From the NCBI RefSeq assembly GCF_001194135.2, contig NC_068987.1:34190867-34254858 (forward strand): a stretch of 63,992 bases of DNA, read 5' to 3'. Under the pieces are notes generated by a model, which was given only the letters and a program-made list of their open reading frames with translations, did not search any database and was not told the origin of the DNA. Of the stretch, positions 37,231 through 49,705 are shown piece by piece. Within the stretch, counting starts at the first letter, position 1, and every line of letters starts with the position of its first letter. The DNA comes from Octopus bimaculoides. Taxonomy: Eukaryota. The position numbers were made by a program, and so were the translations under genes.

Positions 37231-37480
37231 ATACCAGTTCGGTTTATTTGTACCCTACCATCTGCTTTGAAATGATTACTTTTTGTAGCAAGTTTGATAT
37301 CATATTTTCAATAAACTAACAATTATCAACTAAGTACATAGATTAATATCAAGGACACTAGCTCTAATTTGAACTTGTCTATATATCTCCTTTCGTGCTA
37401 TGTTGCATTTAGTATTTTTTTAATTTCTATTTTGGTAGCAACTTATATTATTAATAAATTTCATTATTACATCACATGGT

Positions 37481-37878
37481 AAAGCGGGGAGTTGGCAGAA
37501 TCGTTAGCACTTTGGGCACAGGGATTAGCACAATTTCGTTCGTCTTTGCCTTCTAAGTTCAAATTCCGTCATAGTCTACATTGCCTTTCCTCCTTCGGAT
37601 TTGATAAAATAAGGATCCGTTGAGTACTGAAGTCGACCTAATTTCATGCCTTGTGCCTATAGTAGACAGGGCTATTACTTTACATGGATACGATGGCGAG
37701 CTGTCAGAATGATTATCGGGCCGAGAGAAATGCTCAGCAAAGTTGAAATTCCAGTGAGGTAAAATTGACGTTTCGTCCTCTCGGTTGGATAAAATAATGC
37801 TAGCTGTGCACAGGGGGATATGTAATCGAATTTCACCTGTTCCCAAAATTGCAGGTATTTTACCAAAATTTGAAACCA
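37481..37878 (+). mobile_element. Tandem pair of degenerate family A SINEs
   Basis: gttggcagaatcgttagcac...gttcaaattccg (37490-37570) and ggcgagctgtcagaat...ggtattttaccaaaatttgaaacc (37695-37878). Confidence 0.7.
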
Positions 37879-38433
37879 TTTTTACATTGAATGGCACGTA
37901 CATGAACCTGTGATCGAAGTGAAAATGCATTTTCATAATTCCTCCCAGATATATACTTGAAATTTTAAATTGATATATCCATTTTATAAAGTGTTCGTTT
38001 TCATATACTTCTTCCTATTATTTGCAGTGATATACTTCATTAACAATTAGAGGGTATTATTGCTGTTATTAAGCTTTACATAGAATCAATGCAAAGAGCA
38101 GCAAACGCGCGTGTCACATATCTGTTCTATGAAGTAAATTCATTTCTTTTTCTCAGCTGTCAAGTATACGTTGCAAAGGTATCACGTGTGCTATACTTCC
38201 TCCTCTGCGCATGTCATGATAAGAAAAACAACATGCAAAAGTCATTTTGAATGATTTTGGATTTTGATTTTGAATCAAAGTCGATTACTACAACAATATT
38301 TGAAGTCTAACGTGTAAGAGGATGTCATAATGTCATAATTCAAGTTCAACTGAGAGCAATACCGTGCTGAAATACAAAGACTGAACACATCCATACACAC
38401 ACGCACACACACACATATATACACACACACACA

Positions 38434-38596
38434 TCTGAGTTCAAATTCCGCCGAGGTCGACTGTGCCTTTCATCCTTTCGGGGTCGATTAAATAACTACC
38501 AGTTACGCACTGGGGCCGATATAATCGACTTAATCCGTTTGTCTGTCCTTGTTTGTCCCCTATGTGTGTAGCCCCTTGTGGGTAGTAACGAAATAA
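38434..38596 (+). mobile_element. 5'-truncated family A SINE with the Tx1-like tail variant
   Basis: tctgagttcaaattccgccgaggtcgac.gtgcctttcatcctttcggggtcgat...gtttgtctgtccttgtttgtcccc...gaaataa. Confidence 0.9.
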
Positions 38597-39108
38597 CACA
38601 CACGAGCATGCACGCACGCTAACTTACCTGTTTAAAATCTTTGAGATTGGTATGAATGTAGTCTCTCTGAACCGTTACAACATCTCCCACATTGGCGAGA
38701 ACGAGGCAGAAAGATATCCTCAAATGGGAAAACTCTGCTCAAACTTGTAAGAAACTGGATTCCGTGGGCTGTGGATTCAGTTGAAGCCACACACAGTGTA
38801 ATGTGGCAGTACATACAAATACGCACCCACTTATACACACATATACACATACAATCATACAAGAGTACATATACACACATACGTACACATGTATATATGT
38901 ATGTATGTATATATATATATATATATATNNNNNNNNNNNNNNNNNNNNNNNNNNNNNNNNNNNNNNNNNNNNNNNNNNNNNNNNNNNNNNNNNNNNNNNN
39001 NNNNNNNNNNNNNNNNNNNNNNNNNNNNNNNNNNNNNNNNNNNNNNNNNNNNNNNNNNNNNNNNNNNNNNNNNNNNNNNNNNNNNNNNNNNNNNNNNNNN
39101 NNNNNNNN

Positions 39109-39151
<43 letters not shown>

Positions 39152-41504
39152 CGTGCACACACGCACGCACACACACACACACAGATATATATATACACAC
39201 AAACCAAACATTATCTTGTATACATGCATGCTGATCCATTAATATAAGGCTGTCTTTTACAAATGTTTATCTACTTAAACCATCCTATATTTGAATGGTT
39301 GATAGCAGTGATTTCACTTAAAACCATCATAGAAGAATGCAGTAGTATGTTTGTTTGTATAAACTGATAGCTTTTGGCTATTACGGGCTTCACTTTTGCA
39401 AAATATAACCTGTCGCTTAAATATAAGTCCTGAAAGTGAAAGCAAACATAAATATTTACAATTCCTGTACTGTCATTGCTATTCACAATACGTTTACCTA
39501 CCAAATAGATTTTTGTTCGCTTATACAATTTTATTTTTTCTTCATTTGTGTGTGTGTGTGTGTGTGTTTTTTGTGTGTTTACTTTTGTAATGAGTTCTGC
39601 TAGGAGCAATGATTGTCAATAGATTCGTTCTATATATTATGATTAAGTCTGACATGGCATACCCTAGTAAGAGTAGTTCATGTTTACTTACGAAGAGGAG
39701 TTTGTGAATTCGAAGCTCTCATTTATTTGCTCTAATATAAACAGGAGGAAAAAGTTAGGTGCAACATATTAAAAAAAATAATAATAAAAAACAAACACTC
39801 ATGAGAAAAATATATTCTATATTATAGAAATACTATTGAATGCTAGAAACCTTACATCAACGAAATATAAGTTGCAGAACATGATCTGGTACCTTATGTT
39901 CTATGTTCAAATGTCATTGAAATCAAGTATGAATTTCACAATTCAGGACCTGGTAAATGAAGCACTAATATAACAAAAAGGTCTGCATTTTTGTTATTGT
40001 AACAGTTTATCTCTTTTTACTGTCTCTTTCTTTATCACCTCTCTTTCTAACACACTCTGTTACTCTCTTTGATTATCTTTCTGGGAATTGCTCAATATAG
40101 CAGTATGATATGTGTGGGGAGGATCATTTACAGTACCATTTTCTATAAAAATTTGATTACGATACTCTCATCGTTCACACTTCAAATCTAGTCAACAGAA
40201 CAGAAAGGAAGAGAATGTGCCCAGTTAGTGCTGAAGTGCAGACGATATTTAATTAATAGTACGCAGTGTATGAAATGTTGCACGTATCGGAACAAAGTCT
40301 GCATTAGCATCAAATTACATAGATACTACAAGAAAGAAAATGATTAGTCGAAGATAAAATTCATTTTATTTTATTTACGACTAGTCTTTTTTCTTCATCC
40401 ATTCTTATTTTCGGGTTCCAAGATGGTGGTTTTGAATTGTAAGAACGCTGGAAGATAGGAGTTTTGTATATAGTTTTCAATTCCTTACATCCTCATATGA
40501 AATTTCGCCAAGGTACCCAGAGCTTTGCTAATTGGTTCAACACAGTCGAACCTATCCAACGAAGTATTAGCGTGGACAAATAAGCATACAGTAAGCTTAT
40601 TATATTATACTGGCCCCGATCTTGTATTATTATATTATACTGGCCACGATATTGCAAATATTAAGGATGATTTAATTGGAACGTACGATTTAGTTATGCA
40701 TAAAGGTAAGCACATTTTGATCTATTAAAACAAAACTGCTTTCCAAAATTCCACTATTGCCCTTTGTTTCCAAGCAATGAGACCAGGAAAATAATTGAAA
40801 CACTAGCAGAAGAGACATCACTCTGAAAACTTTCACTACGAATTCAGTTTGCATAAAGAACATATAATGAAAGACTAATTGCATTTTAGTTCCAAAATGA
40901 ATACATATATTTTTGTATTGGGCATTAACAAATTACCGTCCGTTATCGCATCGTGTGTAAACATGGAGTATTGGGAAATGATATTGATAGTGCTAATGAC
41001 TAATCGATCCCCATTTTCAACTTTCCACAGCAGTAGCTTCAACGTTAACAAGCTAACGATATTTTAAGTATCTTATTCAGAGGAAAGAGGAGGGCCCATG
41101 ACATTCTATTTCACCTTGAGTCTGTGTATAGATCGTAACGAAACTGGGAATTCCTCGCTAATATGTAGTACAGTTTCAACTGTCAAAGGTACCTGTAGTG
41201 TAAATACAGTTGTTTAAAGGTATGATGGATTTAATCAGTCAGGTAAGAAACGAAAGACCACCTCAGTGAAATTTCAATGACAAATTTTACTTCAAAGGCC
41301 TTAGTTAAACTGGGGCTAGAGTACAAGACACTTGCTTAAGGTATCGCATTATCTGCAAAACTAAATACAAATTATCTGAGAACTGATAACTCAGCTACTA
41401 ATTTCTCACCTTTCATTCGATCAATCTTATGACGCTTTCACATTACATCCACTTTGAGGAGGATATATAGATTGATACACATACACACACACGCACGCAC
41501 GCGG

Positions 41505-41556
<52 letters not shown>

Positions 41557-41557
41557 G

Positions 41558-42111
41558 TTTTTAGTTTTCGTTCCGTTTGAAATTACTCTTCTCCCCGGTT
41601 TGGATTTTGACTGCCGTTTTGAGCATGTACGGTGCCCTGTTAGGGTCACCACTTTTGCGTATAGATATGTACACTAATTTTTATGAAAAATATGTTGTTT
41701 ATTGACTCTATTACGCATGTTGGCCACTGGTAGAATATTTCTCAGAATTTTCTACCATAAATATGTTCATAGTAAAAGTTTAGAAGAACGTTGGTACGTA
41801 ACTTTTATTTGCTGCCGATTGTAGCTGCGCTTGCGCGGTGGATTTGAAGAATTATATTGTATATAGATGGAACATGTATGTCTTCAGTGTTCCACAAATA
41901 CACTTTAATTATTGCGCCCATGCTGATGAGACACGAATGGCAACTTATTTTATTTGTTCATTGATGTCGAAACTCGAGTACATGTGGTAACTATTGAAAT
42001 GATTTTATTTTTCGTTCCTATTGAAATTACTCCTATTCTGGGTTTTAACTGCCCTTTTCAAGATGGCCCCTGTTAGTGTCATTTCTTTTGTGTATAGAAA
42101 TCTACACTAAT
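41558..42111 (+). mobile_element. Non-coding retrozyme-like element: 445-bp unit plus partial tandem repeat, containing a hammerhead
   Basis: Direct repeats 41558-41678 and 42003-42111 (ttttcgttcc..tgaaattactc...ccctgttag.gtca...tatag..at.tacactaat). Hammerhead lies just upstream of the second repeat. Flanked by (CA/TA)n. No ORF. Confidence 0.7.
41919..41984 (+). ncRNA. Type I hammerhead ribozyme, all core nucleotides canonical
   Basis: Stem I catg(41919-22)/catg(41981-84); CTGATGA 41923-29; stem II gaca/tgtc closing an extendable hairpin; GAAA 41969-72; palindromic stem III ACTCGAGT; predicted cleavage GUA after 41980. Confidence 0.8.
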
Positions 42112-42129
42112 ATACATACATATATATAT

Positions 42130-42445
42130 ATATACAAGAATAAGGGCAGATAATCGTCAATTAATAATAGAATTAATAACTAACAATTCTGCCAAGTAGT
42201 TCAGTATGAAAAAAACCTTTATCGGTAAGACTATTTATCATTATAAATATACAGGGATTAGCAATTGAGTTGCTTCTCCAACATACTGAAAATTTAGAAG
42301 TAGCAGTCAAAGAACTACTGATTCCAAACTACAAATTTTCTCTAAAGTGGATGGCGATATTTATGGCACACATAGAACAAAAAACCGGAGGGAAAAGCGT
42401 AAACAAGCCAAGCTTTTAGTTAATTGGATACGAATCGTTTCATGG
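42130..42445. repeat. Interspersed repeat of unknown class
   Basis: 42210-42285 aligns with 36155-36230. Confidence 0.55.
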
Positions 42446-43170
42446 TTAAGTGAATAGAAATTTCACTATTCCNNNNNNNNNNNNNNNNNNNNNNNNNNNN
42501 NNNNNNNNNNNNNNNNNNNNNNNNNNNNNNNNNNNNNNNNNNNNNNNNNNNNNNNNNNNNNNNNNNNNNNNNNNNNNNNNNNNNNNNNNNNNNNNNNNNN
42601 NNNNNNNNNNNNNNNNNNNNNNNNNNNNNNNNNNNNNNNNNNNNNNNNNNNNNNNNNNNNNNNNNNNNNNNNNNNNNNNNNNNNNNNNNNNNNNNNNNNN
42701 NNNNNNNNNNNNNNNNNNNNNNNNNNNNNNNNNNNNNNNNNNNNNNNNNNNNNNNNNNNNNNNNNNNNNNNNNNNNNNNNNNNNNNNNNNNNNNNNNNNN
42801 NNNNNNNNNNNNNNNNNNNNNNNNNNNNNNNNNNNNNNNNNNNNNNNNNNNNNNNNNNNNNNNNNNNNNNNNNNNNNNNNNNNNNNNNNNNNNNNNNNNN
42901 NNNNNNNNNNNNNNNNNNNNNNNNNNNNNNNNNNNNNNNNNNNNNNNNNNNNNNNNNNNNNNNNNNNNNNNNNNNNNNNNNNNNNNNNNNNNNNNNNNNN
43001 NNNNNNNNNNNNNNNNNNNNNNNNNNNNNNNNNNNNNNNNNNNNNNNNNNNNNNNNNNNNNNNNNNNNNNNNNNNNNNNNNNNNNNNNNNNNNNNNNNNN
43101 NNNNNNNNNNNNNNNNNNNNNNNNNNNNNNNNTATATATATATATTTATATATATATATGCATATATATA

Positions 43171-44059
43171 TCGGGTCATCCCATAAATAATGTATTTTCT
43201 GTATACTTCTATTATTTTTGAAAATGAAAATAAGCACAGTTGTTTTAATTTCAAATATACTTTCCTTCATTTTCCTCAATGCTTTTCCATCTATCTAGTA
43301 GACTTGCAAGGCCCCTCTTCCAAAATTCACTTGTACGTGACGAAAATTACGCCTCCAGTACTGTTCTGACTTCGTCTACAGAATTTATATTTCCCCGTCC
43401 AAATGTTTTTGAATACTGCGGAATAAATAATAATCAGATGGAGCAATGTTCGGTGCATATGGTAGGTAGGGCATCGTTTGCCATTGAAACTGCTCCAGCC
43501 TTTGGAATGTCATCCTGGCTGTATGTGGCCAAGCATTATTCTGATGGTAGAACCACTTTCGTCTTGCAACCAAAGATTATGGATTTTCTTCCAGTGTAGG
43601 TGCGATGAATGGTTAAATGACCAAATCGAAGCTTCGCTGCTAGCTCATCAACAGTTACAATGGGATTTCTTCCATCACGGTTTGCAACGCGTCTTTTCCG
43701 AGGTCTAGAGATCTTCCAGGACGTGGATCGTGTTCTAGTCTATAGTTTCCGGCTCAAAATTTCTGGACCCACCGTTGACACTGGCTTACTCTTATTGTCC
43801 GATCCCCATATACTGCATTAATATACCTCGCACTTTCCGTTGCGTTGATGCCTCTATTCAACTCATAAAGCAAAATATGTCGAATATGCTCCTTTGTCAT
43901 TTCCATTATAGCTTGCTTTGCATAAATAACTGTTTAAATCGAACTGCACACTACAGAGCTTGCACTGAGTATAAGTAAAAGGTAAAATTATAGCAAATTG
44001 ATGCAGGTAGTTTATCCAGTCCCGCTCCGAATTTTAGTTCTTACAATTCAATAAACCGC

Positions 44060-44062
<3 letters not shown>
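43171..44062 (-). mobile_element. Second copy of the 30212-31443 mariner family, internally deleted
   Basis: Same TIR (gggtcatcccataaataatg), HQNNAWPHTA..PYAPNIAPSDYYLFRS motif, and colinear 5' region. The right TIR is lost into (TA)n. Confidence 0.9.
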
Positions 44063-44090
<28 letters not shown>

Positions 44091-46077
44091 NNNNNNNNNN
44101 NNNNNNNNNNNNNNNNNNNNNNNNNNNNNNNNNNNNNNNNNNNNNNNNNNNNNNNNNNNNNNNNNNNNNNNNNNNNNNNNNNNNNNNNNNNNNNNNNNNN
44201 NNNNNNNNNNNNNNNNNNNNNNNNNNNNNNNNNNNNNNNNNNNNNNNNNNNNNNNNNNNNNNNNNNNNNNNNNNNNNNNNNNNNNNNNNNNNNNNNNNNN
44301 NNNNNNNNNNNNNNNNNNNNNNNNNNNNNNNNNNNNNNNNNNNNNNNNNNNNNNNNNNNNNNNNNNNNNNNNNNNNNNNNNNNNNNNNNNNNNNNNNNNN
44401 NNNNNNNNNNNNNNNNNNNNNNNNNNNNNNNNNNNNNNNNNNNNNNNNNNNNNNNNNNNNNNNNNNNNNNNNNNNNNNNNNNNNNNNNNNNNNNNNNNNN
44501 NNNNNNNNNNNNNNNNNNNNNNNNNNNNNNNNNNNNNNNNNNNNNNNNNNNNNNNNNNNNNNNNNNNNNNNNNNNNNNNNNNNNNNNNNNNNNNNNNNNN
44601 NNNNNNNNNNNNNNNNNNNNNNNNNNNNNNNNNNNNNNNNNNNNNNNNNNNNNNNNNNNNNNNNNNNNNNNNNNNNNNNNNNNNNNNNNNNNNNNNNNNN
44701 NNNNNNNNNNNNNNNNNNNNNNNNNNNNNNNNNNNNNNNNNNNNNNNNNNNNNNNNNNNNNNNNNNNNNNNNNNNNNNNNNNNNNNNNNNNNNNNNNNNN
44801 NNNNNNNNNNNNNNNNNNNNNNNNNNNNNNNNNNNNNNNNNNNNNNNNNNNNNNNNNNNNNNNNNNNNNNNNNNNNNNNNNNNNNNNNNNNNNNNNNNNN
44901 NNNNNNNNNNNNNNNNNNNNNNNNTATATATATATATATATTTCGCAGCTACAGTCATGTCGCCTCATTGAAGAGCTTCTGTGAAAGACAATGTACATCA
45001 CTGACTGATCCGCAGTCTCCAACAGAGTGAGGTCCACGAGAACCAGACATGGTCAATAGTGCGAATTACCTATCCGTGGAAGGTATATTCAAAATTATCT
45101 AATCGTTGCTTAGTAGAGACATTTTGTATTCTATTGTGTGGTGATAAATTTCTAAATCTTTCAAATGCGTAACCATAACCTCAATTCTCGTATTTGGAAT
45201 TTGAAAGAAGAAACTTTCGATAACCAGCGTTACGTTATCTATTTATTTCTCTTTAATCATTTTGATGTGCCTCTCTATAGCGTAATATGATAATATCTAG
45301 TATAACATACCATCTTATGTGTTCCAGTGGATACATGTACCTTGTAGCTCTAGTTGTTATTATTTATTTTATGGTTATAAATTTCTGGTATATGTATACA
45401 TTACTGAATATAGAACGAATAGGGTGTATATGTCACTATTATTGTGGGTGAATGGTTAAGTCCTTATCTGTTAAGTATGTATGTCTATACTAACAAACCT
45501 TATCATTTAACCCTACAATCTATTTCAGTTTCTAAATGAATTAATAAAGATTATTAATGTTTGTGAATGTAGTTTTCATATGGCTGTTCGTATGAAATTA
45601 AGCCTATAAATCAACCATTTTAAAACGGTTGACGTAAATCCATGGACGTGGTCTACATTCTTTAAATTGGTTGGCGTAAATTTAAGCTGCCTGATTTCTG
45701 TGCTTGCTTTGCGATTTGCATCAGTTAATATAAATATACACCGTTATCTGAGCTAGCACCAGCCTACCTAAACTTACGCTAACTGATATGCTGATAAAAT
45801 GTTTTATCTAAATATTTATGGCCCAAAATGTTGGTAAGATGTTTACACTCGGATGTAAGCTTTTGTTACTAGATAAGCTGCGGTTTATGTACCGATACCA
45901 CATAACTATTATGGCTTCCAGTCAAATCAAAATCAATCTGTGTTCTTTAGCAAATATAGCTGAATCTTTCAGTCCCGCTCGTAATTAATGGTCACGTTCT
46001 GGTCCTGCAACGAATTTATGGTCCTTCTCTACCACTCCGGCTTCGACATCACGTCGGATCATTCCAGCTTCGTTGTG

Positions 46078-46209
46078 TCCTACAACTCTGATTCCGTCAA
46101 CTTCGTTGCATCTTTCCATTGTAGCTCCATCAGTCGCATCGCGTCCCACCACTCCGATTCTGTCAGCATTGTCGCCTCCTAACACTCCGGTTCACTCAGC
46201 TTCATCGCC
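46078..46209. repeat. 33-bp in-phase minisatellite, 4 copies, in a GC-richer island (~45985-46320)
   Basis: Units 46078-110, 46111-143, 46144-176 and 46177-209; consensus tcctaccactccgattccgtcagcttcgtcgcc; no indels. Confidence 0.75.
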
Positions 46210-46334
46210 TAGCCAATTCCGTCATCGCGCCTAGCTGCACCTTCGCGCAGTTCACGGATATTGCGTTCAGCTCTACCGATGTACTTCCGTCTATATCGGT
46301 TCGGGCGATGAGTCTGCGAGTGAGTATTTGGCTG

Positions 46335-46335
<1 letters not shown>

Positions 46336-46415
<80 letters not shown>

Positions 46416-46418
46416 ATA

Positions 46419-46483
<65 letters not shown>

Positions 46484-46510
46484 TAATAATGATAATAATA
46501 ATAATAAATT
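46336..46510. repeat. Long (ATT)n/(AAT)n microsatellite
   Basis: Seen directly. Confidence 0.95.
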
Positions 46511-47676
46511 ACTATTATATAGTAAACATCTTCACTGGTTGATTCTTGCTGTTGGTATCATATATTGTATCACAAAATATCATTGAAGGCTTCATTGATT
46601 CGCATTTTCAAACATATTAGATAAGTACGTGCTCGTAACAATATATACATCCATGCATATATACACACACATATATATGTGTGCGTATGTGTGTGTATAT
46701 ATATGTAAATATATGTATACATGTACATATACATATAAATAAATATACATATATATATATATATANNNNNNNNNNNNNNNNNNNNNNNNNNNNNNNNNNN
46801 NNNNNNNNNNNNNNNNNNNNNNNNNNNNNNNNNNNNNNNNNNNNNNNNNNNNNNNNNNNNNNNNNNNNNNNNNNNNNNNNNNNNNNNNNNNNNNNNNNNN
46901 NNNNNNNNNNNNNNNNNNNNNNNNNNNNNNNNNNNNNNNNNNNNNNNNNNNNNNNNNNNNNNNNNNNNNNNNNNNNNNNNNNNNNNNNNNNNNNNNNNNN
47001 NNNNNNNNNNNNNNNNNNNNNNNNNNNNNNNNNNNNNNNNNNNNNNNNNNNNNNNNNNNNNNNNNNNNNNNNNNNNNNNNNNNNNNNNNNNNNNNNNNNN
47101 NNNNNNNNNNNNNNNNNNNNNNNNNNNNNNNNNNNNNNNNNNNNNNNNNNNNNNNNNNNNNNNNNNNNNNNNNNNNNNNNNNNNNNNNNNNNNNNNNNNN
47201 NNNNNNNNNNNNNNNNNNNNNNNNNNNNNNNNNNNNNNNNNNNNNNNNNNNNNNNNNNNNNNNNNNNNNNNNNNNNNNNNNNNNNNNNNNNNNNNNNNNN
47301 NNNNNNNNNNNNNNNNNNNNNNNNNNNNNNNNNNNNNNNNNNNNNNNNNNNNNNNNNNNNNNNNNNNNNNNNNNNNNNNNNNNNNNNNNNNNNNNNNNNN
47401 NNNNNNNNNNNNNNNNNNNNNNNNNNNNNNNNNNNNNNNNNNNNNNNNNNNNNNNNNNNNNNNNNNNNNNNNNNNNNNNNNNNNNNNNNNNNNNNNNNNN
47501 NNNNNNNNNNNNNNNNNNNNNNNNNNNNNNNNNNNNNNNNNNNNNNNNNNNNNNNNNNNNNNNNNNNNNNNNNNNNNNNNNNNNNNNNNNNNNNNNNNNN
47601 NNNNNNNNNNTGTAAATATATGTATACATGTACATATACATATAAATAAATATACATATATATATATATATATATA

Positions 47677-48570
47677 CAGCACACGATGGGTAAGATGTCG
47701 TAAGTTAATTACGTAATGTAATTACGCTAAAGGAAAATAACAAAGGCATCTCATTTTAACAGATATATTTACCAAAATTACATATAAACATCTTGAAATA
47801 CTACAGAGTAAATTCATTGAATGAAAACACCATTGGCATCAACTGAGGCTTCCAGATGACTTCGTAATCTCCTGCAACTCTATTGGACGATCTCCTTGTT
47901 TACGTTTGTGAATGCTGCGGTAACCCTTGCCTTCGGTTCATCTTTAGTGATACAAAGAGTTTAGTTGGTCTCTCGCTCCACACCTAATAATCAAGGAGGT
48001 TGCAGCCTGGTGCGTTACATGGTCGGATGTTATGGGTGATGTGATTGCAGAAATTGCCTGACCGCCATGACTGGGTTCTCTTGCTTGTGTGACATGGTGC
48101 AGAGTCCTGTTGCGAGACATAGGGTCTTCCAGCAGCCACCCTCTTCACCCAGGGCAGCACTATCTCCTCAAGGCACTTGATATAAGCCTCCGTATTGAGA
48201 CTGAGGCTGTGTGGGAAGATGAATGTAGGCATAACATCGCAATCACTAGTGATAACTCCAAACAATATGATATTGACTGGATGTTTGATTCTTATCACTC
48301 TCGGTATATATCCCCATATTTCACTGTTTTCAGATTCACACCCAAGCACCCTGAAATGTTCGCATTGGAGCTTTTGGCGCGAATACCAAGCAGTACAGCA
48401 TGTCGTTTCCAAATTTATGGCAGAGTGAATTGGATCATGGCATTGTTATTTTCTCATAAGTGACGCCAAACTGACTCTACTATACTGTGTAGTCGACAAA
48501 AAAAGAATCAAGCAAGTACACGCGCAAGATTAAAAATATAAATTGGCAATAGTTTACCCATCGCACCCTG
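47677..48570 (-). mobile_element. Tc1/mariner (maT/DD37D-like) transposon, internally deleted, TIRs present
   Basis: KHPVNIILFGVITSDCDVMPTFIFP..NTEAYIKCLEEIVLPW..QQDSAPCHTSKRTQ. TIRs cag...cgatgggtaa at 47677 and reverse complement ttacccatcgcaccctg at 48554-48570. TA at the left end. Confidence 0.85.
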
Positions 48571-48689
48571 CATTTTACACTTTTACTCTTTTACTCTTTT
48601 CAGCCATGCGGCTGTGGTCATGCTGCGGCACCACTGTGGTTTTGCTGATTTCCATACGCTGAGGAGTTTCAAACCAACACTCCTCACAG

Positions 48690-49705
48690 TTGATGGCCAA
48701 ATTTGTATAAGGGAGTATGATTCTGCTTCCCTTGTCTATACTTTATGTCAGGCCCTTGGTTCATCCGGTATTGGGGACAGGAGGATGTGTAGTTCCTTTT
48801 TGAAGACAACTACTTCCACTTTATGCAGATTATAAAGCTTTTCCGGCAGAGTATTGAAGAGCTTGAGCCTTTGAACCACAGGCTATTGCAGTAACTGGTC
48901 CTGAATTTAGATGGAGTGGATGGTACCTCTGGTACAATACAATGGCTTCTAACTCTGGCATTTGTATTGCACTCAATGCTGAAGTTAGGTACCAGCCCTT
49001 CTAGAGATTTTCATATGTAGATTATTACATATCTGTCGCAACTTAGCACCAGGGAGTAAAGTTGCAGTTTTTTCAGCCCCTCCCTATAGCGCACCCGCTG
49101 CAGTTTCAATATTTTTAAGGTAATGGTGTTGCACTGCTTCAAGCTCCGCTGCTATTTTGACACTATGTGGTGACCATAACTGGGAGTAGTAGTCCAGGTG
49201 GCTGAGAATAAAAGTTCTCCATATATTCTATATAGTTTCTTAGTATCTTCTCTAGAAAGACCTTAGTATCCACCGTAACAGATATTTGAACTTTACTGCC
49301 ATCTTGGTAATGTTCATATGAAACGATGCATTATTCACTGCCTGTAAATCTGAGTTTGTAGTGCCTTGTGGTCCTCTGTCTGCAGACTGCAGTACATTCG
49401 TTAATTGATAGTGCAGTGCTTGAAATGTTCCAGCATTAAACTGTACGTTGCTTACTTCAGCGCACTTGTATACTGCATTCAGTTCACTGTGTAAGCATGC
49501 GACGTTATCTTGATATCTTATTGTCTGTTATCTGCGTAGCATTTGACACTGGCTGCCCGAGTGACCATGGGTATGAATACGGTGGCTATTATAAGCAGTC
49601 ACGGCCCCAGAACTGTTCCCTGGGGAGCACCATTATCTGATTTGACTTTCCTCGGAAAGGGCAACATTGGCTACAACTACCAGACTTCTGTCTTTAAGGA
49701 AGTCA
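48690..49705 (-). mobile_element. CR1/L2-group LINE RT fragment and C-terminus
   Basis: Minus strand NGAPQGTVLGP, VKCYADN (YADD variant), ILSHLDYYSQLWSPH, LQLYSLV, LFNTLPEKL. Confidence 0.85.

Noticed and set aside
44945-45000. ttgaagagc..gtgaaagac, a hammerhead-like spacing
   Set aside because: C3 is missing, stem II is only 2 bp and there is no U-H cleavage site.
46704-47676. Identical ~62-bp sequence on both sides of the 46766-47610 gap
   Set aside because: Typical contig overlap left unmerged by scaffolding, not evidence of a biological duplication.
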